A DNA stretch of 60,825 nt from Nitrospirota bacterium. GTDB lineage: Bacteria; Nitrospirota; UBA9217. The number at the start of each line of letters is the position of its first letter. Position 1 is the stretch's first letter. The notes under the pieces were generated by a model. It ran no database searches. It worked only from the letters and a program-made list of their open reading frames with translations, and was not told the origin of the DNA. This document shows, in pieces, positions 16,194-25,927 of the stretch. The translations under genes were made by a program, and so were the position numbers. The DNA lies in the NCBI GenBank assembly GCA_037916085.1, contig JBAIYC010000107.1:1-60825 (forward strand), written 5' to 3'.

Positions 16194-16724
16194 TTACCTC
16201 TTCCGGTACCGTTCGTGCTCGCTGAAGATGCAGCCGCAGTACTGCTGACGGTAGAGCTGCATGCGCCGCGACTCTCGAATCCCCGCGCTCCAGCCGGCCC
16301 GGAAATCCTCGTAGAAGAAATCGATGCCGTGCTCCCGGGCCATTTCCGTTGCAACGCCCCGGATGACGTCATGTTTCTGATACTTGCTGTAGAGAAGGGA
16401 CGTGGTAAAGGCGGGCAGCCCGAGCGTGCGCGCTCGTGCCGCGGCTGCGTCGAGCCGCAGACGGTAGCACTGCTCACACCGGCCCGCTCCCCTACCGAGC
16501 ACGCGGGCAAGGTATCCCTCCAGGTCGTAATCGTCCCGTAGGGACAGTTCCAGACCCGCGCGCTGGGTAAAATCCCGCACCGTGTCCAGGCGCAACCGGT
16601 ATTCCTGAAAAGGATGGATGTTGGGATTGTAGAAGAAACCCGTCACGGCATGGCCGTCGGCACGCAACCGGTACAGCGGATAGATCGCGCAGGGAGCGCA
16701 GCATATGTGGAGGAGGATCTGCAA
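16194..16724 (-). CDS. queH: Epoxyqueuosine reductase QueH (DUF208)
   Basis: 176 aa. N-terminal LLHICCAPCAIYP and C-terminal YRQQYCGCIFS, both characteristic of QueH. Confidence 0.85.
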   Translation of the reverse strand: MQILLHICCAPCAIYPLYRLRADGHAVTGFFYNPNIHPFQEYRLRLDTVRDFTQRAGLELSLRDDYDLEGYLARVLGRGAGRCEQCYRLRLDAAAARARTLGLPAFTTSLLYSKYQKHDVIRGVATEMAREHGIDFFYEDFRAGWSAGIRESRRMQLYRQQYCGCIFSEHERYRKR

Positions 16725-16752
16725 GGTCTCCGCTCCGTATCGGCGAAATGGA

Positions 16753-18357
16753 TCAGATGAGGATGTCGACCTCTGAATTCTTCAAAATCATCGACCGGAG
16801 CCATTCCTTCAGCCGCAGGTCGAAGAAATCGATAGGATTGTAGTCATCGGTCAGGACCATCGCCGGCGTTCCCTCGGGCAGCCGGAACCGGTTCTCAAGA
16901 AAGCGGTTCACGCCCTCACGGGCGCCCGGATTGACCGGAAAGCCCGCCACCCTCGTCCGGTCGAAGGGAGGCATCGGACCGGGAGTTGCCAGTACAGTAA
17001 TGTTGCCACCCGTCTCTTCCCGCTCCACGACATAGTTCGGGTGGACCTCGACGGACGCGAACACCTGCTCAAGCGTTCTTATGATGGACGCTGTCATGAA
17101 GGGTTCCCGCTCCAAGCTGCCGATGAGATTAATGGCAAGGATGCCGTGGTCCGTCATGCGACGGCGCAAGGTCTGGAGCGCCTCCAGGCTCAGGACATGG
17201 CCCGGGGTGGTGTCGCCGCTGAACACATCGAGGATGATATAGTCATAGCGGTTCCGCGTCCGGTTCAAGAAATAGCGGGCATCCTGCACAAACACCTCGC
17301 CTGACACAGAGAACCCGAAGTAGTCCCGCGCAAGGGCAACGACATCGGGGTCGATCTCGACGACATCGGTCCTGATGCCCCGTTGCTCATACCAGATGGG
17401 GATCAGCCCGGCGCCGAGGCCGATCACCAGGCAGCTCTTCCCCTTTGGGTTCATGCCGTAGGGAAGGAATTCAAGCAAGTAGGAGTATTCGTACAGGGAC
17501 ATCATGGAACCCATATCGACGCCGCCCTGGACAAGACCGTCGATCAGCAGGTCCCGTTGGTGCGAACCGCCGAGGGTGTAATCCACTATCTTCAGATTGC
17601 CGTAGTAGGTGTCTTTGTCGACAACGCGAGAGACCGTGGTGCCGTCCGCCAGGGTCTTGGCCGCGATGCCGTGGGGAGGCGCGAAGAGGAACGGCAGGGC
17701 CAGCGCGGCGACCGCGACCGCTCTCCGGCGGAAGAGAAGGAAGTAGCCAGCGGACAGGGCGATAAGGACCGCCCCGATGACGGTGAAGATCATCGAGACG
17801 CGGAAGTAGGCGATAAAGAAGAATCCTGTCAGTACCGTACCGAGAAAGCTGCCCGTCGTCGAAAGGGCGTAGAACAGCCCGACGGTCCTGCCGATGTTCC
17901 GGACCTCCCGTGCGGCGATCTTGATGAGATAGGGAGAAACGCAGCCAAGCAGGAAGAGCGACGGTCCGAAGAGCACCAGGGAACTCGCGAGCGCTCCAGT
18001 GCGCAGGCCCCACCCAAGTGCCCCCTTGAGCACCATGCCCTTGAGCAGCGGGATCGCAAGCGCCAACACGCCTGCGGCAAGAATGACAGCATACAGAACA
18101 GCGGGCGACGGCCAGCGGTCCGACAGGACGCCGCCCGCGGCATAACCGGCGGCAAGCGCAACAAGGGTGACCGTGATGAGCGAGGTCCAGACAAAGAGAC
18201 TGACGCCGAAGAAAGGCCCGATGACGCGCGACCCGAGGATCTCGATGACCATGACCAGCGCGCCGCATACGACGGCAGTCGCGATGAGGTAGGAAAGGAA
18301 AGCTCGTGAACCGACGGCATGTCCTGCCGGGACCGCATCAGGAGCGTCATTCGTCAT
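16753..18357 (-). CDS. Fused polytopic membrane domain plus spermidine-synthase-like (class I SAM-fold aminopropyltransferase) protein
   Basis: 534 aa. About 7 TM helices are followed by ...[15 protein letters not shown]...[12 protein letters not shown]..., a spermidine synthase-like fold. Confidence 0.75.
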   Translation of the reverse strand: MTNDAPDAVPAGHAVGSRAFLSYLIATAVVCGALVMVIEILGSRVIGPFFGVSLFVWTSLITVTLVALAAGYAAGGVLSDRWPSPAVLYAVILAAGVLALAIPLLKGMVLKGALGWGLRTGALASSLVLFGPSLFLLGCVSPYLIKIAAREVRNIGRTVGLFYALSTTGSFLGTVLTGFFFIAYFRVSMIFTVIGAVLIALSAGYFLLFRRRAVAVAALALPFLFAPPHGIAAKTLADGTTVSRVVDKDTYYGNLKIVDYTLGGSHQRDLLIDGLVQGGVDMGSMMSLYEYSYLLEFLPYGMNPKGKSCLVIGLGAGLIPIWYEQRGIRTDVVEIDPDVVALARDYFGFSVSGEVFVQDARYFLNRTRNRYDYIILDVFSGDTTPGHVLSLEALQTLRRRMTDHGILAINLIGSLEREPFMTASIIRTLEQVFASVEVHPNYVVEREETGGNITVLATPGPMPPFDRTRVAGFPVNPGAREGVNRFLENRFRLPEGTPAMVLTDDYNPIDFFDLRLKEWLRSMILKNSEVDILI

Positions 18358-19373
18358 AGGAGCCTGTCCTGGCGCGGTACAGTCCGGATCCGCTGGAAAT
18401 ACTCGAAGGAGCGTTTCGTTGCCTGCCTGCCGCGCGGCGTACGGTCCAGGAACCCCTCCTGGATCAGGAACGGTTCATAGACATCCTCGATGGTATCCCG
18501 CTCCTCGTTGAGCGCCGCGGCAAGCGTGTCGAGACCGACCGGTCCGCCCTCGAACTTGTCAATGATGGTGAGCAGCAGCCGTCTGTCCATTTCATCCAGA
18601 CCGTTCTTGTCGACTTCCAGGCGCTCCATGGCCTCCGTGACGACGGAAAGGGTAGCCTTGCCGTCCCCCTGCACCTGGGCGAAGTCGCGCACCCTTCGGA
18701 GGAGGCGGTTCGCGATCCTTGGCGTTCCCCGGGACCGTCCGGCTATCTCGCCCGCCGCGTCCCGGTCAACGGAAAGCTTCAGGAGCCCCGCGGAACGCTC
18801 GACGATCTTCAGCAGTTCATCGGGCGAATAGAAGTTCAACCGGTCGATGACGCCGAAGCGGTCACGGAGCGGCGATGTCAGGAGCCCGGTCCTGGTCGTT
18901 GCCCCCACAAGGGTGAAGCGGGGAAGGTCAAGCTTGATGGACCTCGCGCCCGGCCCCTGGCCGATGATGATATCGAGCTGAAAATCCTCCATCGCGGGAT
19001 AGAGGATCTCTTCCACAACGCGGTTCAGACGGTGGATCTCGTCGATGAACAGGACGTCGCCTGGCTGAAGGTTCGTCAGGATCGCCGCGAGATCGCCGGC
19101 GCGCTCCAGCACGGGCCCCGATGTTGCGCGGAGGGAGACCCCCATTTCATGGGCGATGATGTTCGCCAGCGTGGTCTTCCCCAGGCCGGGAGGCCCGCAG
19201 AACAGCACGTGGTCGAGGGCCTCGCCCCGTGCCTTCGCGGCCTTGATGAACACGGCAAGGTTGTCCTTGATCCGCTGCTGCCCAACGAAATCCTCGAACC
19301 GGGTGGGCCGAAGACTCCGGTCCAGTTGGACCTCGTCGTTGTCTTGTTCCGGGGTGACAAGTCTCTTTGGCAC
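18354..19373 (-). CDS. ruvB: Holliday junction branch-migration helicase RuvB
   Basis: 339 aa. Contains [12 protein letters not shown], Walker [10 protein letters not shown] and LFIDEIHRL. Confidence 0.95.
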   Translation of the reverse strand: MPKRLVTPEQDNDEVQLDRSLRPTRFEDFVGQQRIKDNLAVFIKAAKARGEALDHVLFCGPPGLGKTTLANIIAHEMGVSLRATSGPVLERAGDLAAILTNLQPGDVLFIDEIHRLNRVVEEILYPAMEDFQLDIIIGQGPGARSIKLDLPRFTLVGATTRTGLLTSPLRDRFGVIDRLNFYSPDELLKIVERSAGLLKLSVDRDAAGEIAGRSRGTPRIANRLLRRVRDFAQVQGDGKATLSVVTEAMERLEVDKNGLDEMDRRLLLTIIDKFEGGPVGLDTLAAALNEERDTIEDVYEPFLIQEGFLDRTPRGRQATKRSFEYFQRIRTVPRQDRLL

Positions 19374-19396
19374 TGTTTCCTCTCGCGCAACGGTCC

Positions 19397-20005
19397 CTAT
19401 CGCTGGCCGAGCTCCCCGAGCGATTCGCGAATGAGCTGCGCCGTCGAGATGTTCGGCCGCGCCTGATGGACCCTTCTAACGGCCTCTTCCGCCTGCTGCC
19501 GCCTGTACCCGAGGTTCACTAGGGCTGATATGGCGTCACTCGTCGTGCCGCCGGGCAGGATGCCCGCTTCTGCCTCTGCCGTGCGGAGGACAGGCGGTGC
19601 CAGGTGCTTCACCTTGTCCTTGAGCTCCAGGCACAGTCGTCCAGCGGTCTTCTTCCCGATGCCCGCTATCGAACAGAGCCGCGATTCGTCCGACCCATGG
19701 AGTGCCCGGAGGAGGTCATCCAGGGAAAGGCCGGAGAGCACCGACAAGGCGAGCTTCGGGCCGATGCCGGAGACGCCCAGAAGGAGGAGAAAGACCTCCT
19801 TCTCGAGTTCGGTGGAAAATCCGAAAAGGCTGAGAGCATCCTCGCGCAGATGGGTATGCACGTGCAGGACGATGGACTCCCCGGTCTCGGGGACGCGGGC
19901 AAGAGTGGAAGCCGGGACCGTCACTTCATAGCCGACGCCGCCGACATCGATGATGAGCGAATCGGCCGCTTTGCGTCGCAAGACACCGGAAAGCCAGGCG
20001 ATCAT
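19397..20005 (-). CDS. ruvA: Holliday junction DNA-binding protein RuvA
   Basis: 202 aa. Contains MIAWLSGVL...VGGVGYEV and HhH motifs [10 protein letters not shown] and IAGIGKKTA. Confidence 0.9.
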   Translation of the reverse strand: MIAWLSGVLRRKAADSLIIDVGGVGYEVTVPASTLARVPETGESIVLHVHTHLREDALSLFGFSTELEKEVFLLLLGVSGIGPKLALSVLSGLSLDDLLRALHGSDESRLCSIAGIGKKTAGRLCLELKDKVKHLAPPVLRTAEAEAGILPGGTTSDAISALVNLGYRRQQAEEAVRRVHQARPNISTAQLIRESLGELGQR

Positions 20006-20544
20006 TTCGTTCTGCCGGCCTCGCGCGCCAGTTGCCGCAGGATCGACGGGTTCTTGAGCATCTCCCGCATGCGCGAGGAGTGGACATGACAGATCGCAGC
20101 CGCAAGTGCATCTGCGGCATCGGCGGGATGGGGCACCTTGGGCAGCTCCAGGAGCGTCTTGACCATGAGCTGAACCTGTTTCTTGTCCGCCTTCCCGGTC
20201 CCGACGACCGCCTGCTTCACCTCGGCAGGCGCATACTCGAAGACCGGCAACCCGGCGTTCACGGCCGCCAGAATGGCTACGCCGCGCGCATGCCCGAGTT
20301 TGAGCGCCGCCTTGATATTGTTCGAAACAAACAGGTCCTCCACGACAACAGCGTGGGGCTTGTACTTCTGGATGATCTTTTCCAGCTCCTCGTAGATCTT
20401 TCGGAGCCGCTTGGGAAAAGGCTGCTTCGCCGACGGGCTAATACCACCGGATACGACGTGGAACAGTTTGTGGTCCTCCTCGGTAACGATACCGTAGCCG
20501 CTCGTGAGCGTGCCCGGATCAATCCCCAGCACCCGCATGGTCAC
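20002..20544 (-). CDS. ruvC: Crossover junction endodeoxyribonuclease RuvC
   Basis: 180 aa. Contains VLGIDPGT, VVVEDLF and HPADAADALAAAICH. Overlaps the ruvA start by 4 nt. Confidence 0.9.
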   Translation of the reverse strand: MTMRVLGIDPGTLTSGYGIVTEEDHKLFHVVSGGISPSAKQPFPKRLRKIYEELEKIIQKYKPHAVVVEDLFVSNNIKAALKLGHARGVAILAAVNAGLPVFEYAPAEVKQAVVGTGKADKKQVQLMVKTLLELPKVPHPADAADALAAAICHVHSSRMREMLKNPSILRQLAREAGRTK

Positions 20545-20618
20545 CCCCCCTAGACCAGGATACAGACAGCAGACTCCGGCTCTCGGTCATCCGTTGTCTT
20601 TCTTTTCTCCCCCGTACC

Positions 20619-21371
20619 CTACGCTTCCACCGCGCTCATGACCTCATCGGGAATATCGAAGTTCGCGTAGACGTTCTGGACGTCATCATTGTCTTCGAGC
20701 GCCTCCATAAGACGCAGCATCTGGGACGCTTCCTTCTGCCCCTCAAGCTTCACATAGGTCTGAGGCACCATGGTCACCTCGGCGACCTCCGTCGCGATGC
20801 CGGCAGCGTCCAGGGCCTTCTTGACGTTGTCGAAGTCCGCTGGCGCCGTAGTGATCACGAAGTTCTCGTCCTCGGCCTGCATGTCCTCGGCCCCCGCGTC
20901 GAGCGCGATGGTCATCAGCTTCTCCTCGTCAGCCTTCGCCTTGCCGACGACGATGTATCCCTTCTTGTGGAACATCCAGGAAACGCAGCCGTTCTCGCCC
21001 ATTCCCTTGCCGAGCTTCTCCATGATGTGCCGGAGCTCGGAGACCGTCCGGTTCTTGTTGTCAGTCATGACCTCGACGATGATGGCCACGCCGTTCGGAC
21101 CATAGCCCTCGTAGGTCACTTCCTCATATGCCACCCCCGGCAGTTCGCCGGTGCCCTTCTGGATCGCGCGCTTGATATTGTCCGCCGGCATGCTGACGCC
21201 CTTGGCCTTTTCGACCGCTGTCCTGAGGCGGGGATTGCCGTCGGGGTCCCCTCCCCCGAGGCGTGCAGCAACGGTGATCTCCTTGGTGATCTTGGTGAAC
21301 ATCTTGCCGCGCTTGGCGTCGATTGCCGCCTTCTTGCGCTTTGTTGTCGCCCACTTGGAATGACCTGACAT
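20619..21371 (-). CDS. yebC: YebC/PmpR-family DNA-binding transcriptional regulator
   Basis: 250 aa. Begins [23 protein letters not shown] and contains NPRLR. Confidence 0.9.
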   Translation of the reverse strand: MSGHSKWATTKRKKAAIDAKRGKMFTKITKEITVAARLGGGDPDGNPRLRTAVEKAKGVSMPADNIKRAIQKGTGELPGVAYEEVTYEGYGPNGVAIIVEVMTDNKNRTVSELRHIMEKLGKGMGENGCVSWMFHKKGYIVVGKAKADEEKLMTIALDAGAEDMQAEDENFVITTAPADFDNVKKALDAAGIATEVAEVTMVPQTYVKLEGQKEASQMLRLMEALEDNDDVQNVYANFDIPDEVMSAVEA

Positions 21372-21493
21372 GAAACCTCCCGAAAAATTCCAGACGAGCG
21401 AGGACGGACCGTCAGACCGCAGACAAGATCAAGGCCCGCGTCATGCTGTTTCTCGTCTCCTGCCGGCGTCCGTTCTCTCCCTCTGTCCTCTGA

Positions 21494-22513
21494 TCATCGT
21501 TCTACATGATGCACCTCGTGCTCCGCGTCTTCCTTGAGCCGGGTGAAGATCATCCGGCCCGCCGCGGTCTGGAGCACGCTCGTGACCGCGACCTCCACGT
21601 TCTTGTTGATGAACCGCCTGCCGTTCTCCACGACGATCATCGTCCCGTCATCGAGATAGGCCACGCCCTGGCCGGCCTCCTTGCCCTCCTTCAGCACGAA
21701 GACCCGCATGCTCTCCCCGGGAAGGGCCACCGGTTTGACGGCATTCGACAGGTCGTTGATGTTCAGCACCTTGACGCCCTGGAGTTCCGCCACCTTGTTC
21801 AGGTTGAAGTCGTTCGTGATGACCTTTGCCCCGCTCCTCTTCGCAAGGGCGATGAGCTTGTTGTCCACTTCCCGTATCTTGGGGAAATCGTCCTCCGTGA
21901 TCCTAACCTCCATATGGCTCATCTTTTGGATCCGGTGGAGGATGTCAAGCCCCCGCCTGCCCCGGGCCCGCTTCAGCGAATCGGAGGAATCGGCGATATG
22001 CTGCAGCTCCTGCAGGATGAACTGCGGGATCACCAGGGTCCCGTCCAGGAACTCTGTTTCGCAAACGTCGGCAATCCGTCCGTCGATGATGACGCTGGTA
22101 TCCAGCAGTTTCAGGTTCTCGTCCGCGCCTCCCTTGAAGAGTCTCTTGATGTTCGCAGGATTGAACCGCTCCCCTTCGCGGACCCCGATGGTGATGCCAA
22201 GATAGCCGAAAAAGGCGTTCAGAAGCAGGACAATGAAGTTCACGATGCTCCGCTCCAGGGGAACCAGCTTGAGGGGCGTGGCGATGATGCTCGCGGAGGT
22301 AAGACCGATGATGAATCCCAGAATGCCTCCCGCGATGACCTTGAGCGCAACGCGTCGGAACAGCAGCTCCGTCAGGATGATGGCAACGGCCACTGCGAAC
22401 CCGATGGCCATCCCTTCAATCTTTGTGACCTGTTCATCGAGCTGAGTGGACACATAGTATCCCAGCAGCGTGCCGACAAAAACAAAAACAATACGGATCA
22501 GTACGAGTCCCAT
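21494..22513 (-). CDS. Membrane-anchored PIN plus TRAM domain protein (YacL-like)
   Basis: 339 aa. Four N-terminal TM helices, a PIN-like LLDTSVIIDGRI...ELQHIADS segment, and a C-terminal TRAM-like beta region. Confidence 0.8.
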   Translation of the reverse strand: MGLVLIRIVFVFVGTLLGYYVSTQLDEQVTKIEGMAIGFAVAVAIILTELLFRRVALKVIAGGILGFIIGLTSASIIATPLKLVPLERSIVNFIVLLLNAFFGYLGITIGVREGERFNPANIKRLFKGGADENLKLLDTSVIIDGRIADVCETEFLDGTLVIPQFILQELQHIADSSDSLKRARGRRGLDILHRIQKMSHMEVRITEDDFPKIREVDNKLIALAKRSGAKVITNDFNLNKVAELQGVKVLNINDLSNAVKPVALPGESMRVFVLKEGKEAGQGVAYLDDGTMIVVENGRRFINKNVEVAVTSVLQTAAGRMIFTRLKEDAEHEVHHVER

Positions 22514-22603
22514 TGGTATTCACCTCCTCTCTGTGAAAGGATATCCCCCGCATATCGGGAGAACGTCAGTCTATGATGAAAGCACCGCGGCCGAACAGTG
22601 TTC

Positions 22604-24097
22604 TTACTCCGGCTTGATCGTCAGGAACAGGTCCGCTCCTTTCCTGCGGATGAGCAGGAGGGTCCGGTCCTTCGACTTGACGCGGGAAGCGGCGTTCTTA
22701 TAATCCTCGATCGTCGCGATGTCCTTCTGGTTGATCTGCAGAACGATGTCCCCCGGTCGCAGCCCCGCTTCAAAAGCCCTGCTTCCCTGCTCGATCTTGA
22801 CGACCACAACGCCGGACTCCCCGTCGCCGATGCCGAAGCGCTTTGCCAGTTCGGGGGCCAGCTGCCGCACAGTGATCCCCGAGAGCGCGTTGCTCTCTTC
22901 CGGTCCCCCTCCCGTCTCTTCGATGGGACCCTCGCCGAGTTTCTTGGGCAGTTCGGCGATCGTCACTTCGAGATCCACTTCCTTCTTCTGTCGAAGCACC
23001 TTCACCTTCACCTTGGTGCCTACCGGGGACTGGGAGACCATGTTCCGCAAATGCCCGGTATCTTCGACCTCCTTGCCGTTGAACGACAGCAGCACGTCAC
23101 CCTGCTTGATGCCGGCCTTCTCCGCGGGGCTGCCCTTCATCACACCGCTGACCAGCGCGCCCTTCAGATCCTTGGTGCCGAACTCCTCGGCGAGATCGGC
23201 GGTCACTTCCTGGATGCTGACGCCAAGCCATCCACGCACCACCTTCTTGTACTTGATAAGACTCTCCATCACCTGCCGGGCCATGCTGCTCGGGACAGCA
23301 AACCCGATGCCCTGGTACCCGCCCGTGCGCGAAACGATGGCGGTGTTGATGCCGACCAGTTCACCCCGTGCATTGATGAGAGCGCCACCCGAGTTCCCGG
23401 GATTGATCGCCGCATCGGTCTGGATGAAGTCCTCGTAATCAGCAATCCCCACGTTGGCCCTCCCCACTGCGCTGATGACGCCCATGGTCAGCGTGGAGTT
23501 GAGACCGAAGGGATTGCCGATGGCGAAGACGATCTCCCCTACCCGCAGCTTGTTCGAATCGCCCCAGGGAAGAGCGGGCAGGTCGGTCGCGTCGATCTTG
23601 ATGACGGCGATGTCGGTCTTGGGGTCGGCGCCGACAAGCTTGGCCTTGTAGTCCCGTTTGTTCGTGAGCAGGACCTTGATCTCCTGAGATTTTTCGATGA
23701 CGTGGTTGTTTGTGACGATGTAGCCGTCTGCGGACACGATCACCCCGGACCCGAGGCTCTGCTCCTTGTGCTCCTTAGGGATGTTGGGGTGGGGAACCTG
23801 ATCGCCGAAGAAGCGTCGGAAGAAGGGGTCATCGAACAGATCAAATGTGCCCTCGTCCCGGGTCTTGATGACCCGCGTCGTGGAGATGTTCACGACAGAC
23901 GGGGTGGCGACCGCGGCGACCTCCGACAGGGCATCGCTCAGCTGGGACAGCGTTTCGACCGCCCGCGACGACACCTGCGTGCTTTTTGCGGTGAGAGGGG
24001 TGGTAATGTCCAGGCGCGACGAAACCGCCAGCCCGATGAACGCCCCGACGATCAGCAGGAACGCAGCGGACAGATAGAACCGCTTCTTGTTCACCAT
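22604..24097 (-). CDS. htrA: Do/DegP/HtrA-family periplasmic serine endoprotease with two PDZ domains
   Basis: 497 aa. Contains TNNHV, DIAVIKI and GNSGGALIN (the catalytic triad context). Two PDZ-like segments follow. Confidence 0.9.
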   Translation of the reverse strand: MVNKKRFYLSAAFLLIVGAFIGLAVSSRLDITTPLTAKSTQVSSRAVETLSQLSDALSEVAAVATPSVVNISTTRVIKTRDEGTFDLFDDPFFRRFFGDQVPHPNIPKEHKEQSLGSGVIVSADGYIVTNNHVIEKSQEIKVLLTNKRDYKAKLVGADPKTDIAVIKIDATDLPALPWGDSNKLRVGEIVFAIGNPFGLNSTLTMGVISAVGRANVGIADYEDFIQTDAAINPGNSGGALINARGELVGINTAIVSRTGGYQGIGFAVPSSMARQVMESLIKYKKVVRGWLGVSIQEVTADLAEEFGTKDLKGALVSGVMKGSPAEKAGIKQGDVLLSFNGKEVEDTGHLRNMVSQSPVGTKVKVKVLRQKKEVDLEVTIAELPKKLGEGPIEETGGGPEESNALSGITVRQLAPELAKRFGIGDGESGVVVVKIEQGSRAFEAGLRPGDIVLQINQKDIATIEDYKNAASRVKSKDRTLLLIRRKGADLFLTIKPE

Positions 24098-24183
24098 GAA
24101 ATGGTCCTCTTCTTTGCTCGTGATGGAATTAAGAAGGGTATTCTACCAAAAAGAAATGAATTCTTTCAAGCTCTTTTTCTCCA

Positions 24184-24211
24184 TTGACACTGTCAGCGGA
24201 TGTTCTATAAT
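24184..24211 (+). promoter_or_regulatory. Near-consensus sigma70-like promoter for bioA
   Basis: TTGACA (24184-24189), 16-nt spacer, TATAAT (24206-24211). Confidence 0.6.
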
Positions 24212-24249
24212 GGCGCAAACAGTCCGCATGATCCTGAGGGAGTGACCAG

Positions 24250-25662
24250 ATGCAGAAAAGAGCGTCGATACCTGCTCGCTCAAAGAACGCTGCTGCAAAG
24301 ACGATCGAGGCCCTTGATAAGCGGCTTATCTGGCACCCCTTTACCCAGATGCAGGACTGGCAGAAGGAACAGCAGGTCGTCATCGAGCGGGGAAAGGGGT
24401 CCTGGCTGACCGACACGAACGGGAAGAAGTACCTCGACGGGGTATCCTCGCTCTGGGTCACGGTCCATGGGCACCGCAAGAAGGAGATCGATCAGGCCGT
24501 GACGAAACAGCTCGGCAAGATCGCCCACACGACGCTGCTGGGGTTATCGAACGTGCCGGCCGTGCTGCTGGCGGAAAAGCTCCTGTCCATAGCTCCCCAA
24601 GGCCTTTCCCGTGTCTTCTATTCGGACAGCGGTTCAACCGCGGTCGAGGTCGCACTCAAGATCGCCTTCCAGTATTGGCAGCACAGGGGCCACCGGCATC
24701 AGAACAAGACCGGCTTCATCTCGCTCTCCGGGGCATACCACGGGGACACGCTCGGGGCGGTGAGCGTCGGCGGCATCGACCTGTTCCACCGCACCTACCG
24801 GCCGCTCTTGTTCAAGAGCTACAAGATCGAGACCCCCTACTGCTACCGCTGCAGATACAGCCTGAACTATCCCGAATGCCAGTTGACCTGCCTGCGCCAC
24901 GCCGAGTCGGCGATCCAGAAGTATGCGTCCGTCACGGCAGCCCTTGTCATCGAACCGCTGGTGCAGGGCGCGGCTGGCATGCTGCTCCAGCCGCCGGGAT
25001 ACCTGAAGCGCATCCGCGAGCTCTGCACGCAGAACAACATCCTGCTGATTGCGGACGAGGTGGCGACCGGGTTCGGCAGGACTGGCACGATGTTCGCCTG
25101 TGAACAGGAGAGGGTCGTGCCCGACCTTATGGCCGTCGCTAAGGGCATTACCGGAGGCTACCTGCCGCTGGCTGCAACGCTCGCGACCGAAGAAATCTAC
25201 GGCGCCTTCCTTGGAGAGCACCACGAGCTCAAGACATTCTTCCACGGACACACCTACACCGGCAATCCGCTCGCCTGCGCCGCCGCTATCGCGAACATCG
25301 ACCTGTTCCGGAAGGAAAAGACGCTGCAGCGCCTGCAACCGAAGATCAAGCTCCTGACCAAAGAACTCCAGCGGTTCCGCAAGCTCGAACACGTGGGAGA
25401 GGTGAGGCAGAAGGGGTTTATGGTGGGCATTGAACTGGTGAAAAACCGGGCAACGCGAGAGGAATACGCCGTTGCCGAGAAGATAGGCGCCCGTGTCACA
25501 CTCGAGGCCCGGAAGCACGGCCTGATCATTCGCCCTCTCGGCAATGTCATCGTGCTCATGCCGCCGCTCTCGATCTCGCAGCAGGAGCTGAAGCTGCTCC
25601 TCGATATCACCTACGAGAGCATCAGGACCGCAACCGCGCCCCCGCAGACTCCGTCCGTCTGA
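24250..25662 (+). CDS. bioA: Adenosylmethionine-8-amino-7-oxononanoate aminotransferase
   Basis: 470 aa, class III aminotransferase. Contains IWHPFTQM, LIADEVATGFGRTG and PDLMAVAKGITGGYLPL. Confidence 0.9.
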   Translation: MQKRASIPARSKNAAAKTIEALDKRLIWHPFTQMQDWQKEQQVVIERGKGSWLTDTNGKKYLDGVSSLWVTVHGHRKKEIDQAVTKQLGKIAHTTLLGLSNVPAVLLAEKLLSIAPQGLSRVFYSDSGSTAVEVALKIAFQYWQHRGHRHQNKTGFISLSGAYHGDTLGAVSVGGIDLFHRTYRPLLFKSYKIETPYCYRCRYSLNYPECQLTCLRHAESAIQKYASVTAALVIEPLVQGAAGMLLQPPGYLKRIRELCTQNNILLIADEVATGFGRTGTMFACEQERVVPDLMAVAKGITGGYLPLAATLATEEIYGAFLGEHHELKTFFHGHTYTGNPLACAAAIANIDLFRKEKTLQRLQPKIKLLTKELQRFRKLEHVGEVRQKGFMVGIELVKNRATREEYAVAEKIGARVTLEARKHGLIIRPLGNVIVLMPPLSISQQELKLLLDITYESIRTATAPPQTPSV

Positions 25663-25848
25663 GAGTACGAGCGACACACGCACTGCCCGGCACGTCTTGT
25701 CTGTCGAGTCTTGCCGTCCCTTAACCGCAGATATTCCCGGTTCCTGACCCGGCATCCTGGCCAAGGTCGCAGAACAGACCGCAGGCTCCGCAACATACCG
25801 GCCCATGCTATCTCCCTTTTCGCTGGCCCTCGGATGTGCCCGGGTACA

Positions 25849-25878
25849 TTGACAACGTACGGCCTGCCCTTGTAATAC
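25849..25878 (+). promoter_or_regulatory. Sigma70-like promoter upstream of the TMTC-like gene
   Basis: TTGACA (25849-25854), 18-nt spacer ending in TG, then TAATAC (25873-25878). Confidence 0.45.
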
Positions 25879-25927
25879 TACTTTTGAGTAATCTGGCCAT
25901 CCCGTCCGCGGGGGAAAATACAAATCA

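Noticed and set aside
22598-24187. 529-aa plus-strand ORF. Similar long ORFs occur at 24634..25977(-), 36869..38377(-), 50142..51395(-), 21506..22576(+), 17383..18309(+), 5961..6707(-), 42979..43719(-), 47503..48297(-) and 32528..33340(-).
   Set aside because: Each lies antisense to, or out of frame with, a gene that has unmistakable family motifs (htrA, bioA, the ACAD gene, the FtsX permease and others). Their translations are Arg/Gly/Asp/His-rich low-complexity strings, typical of stop-poor alternative frames in high-GC DNA.
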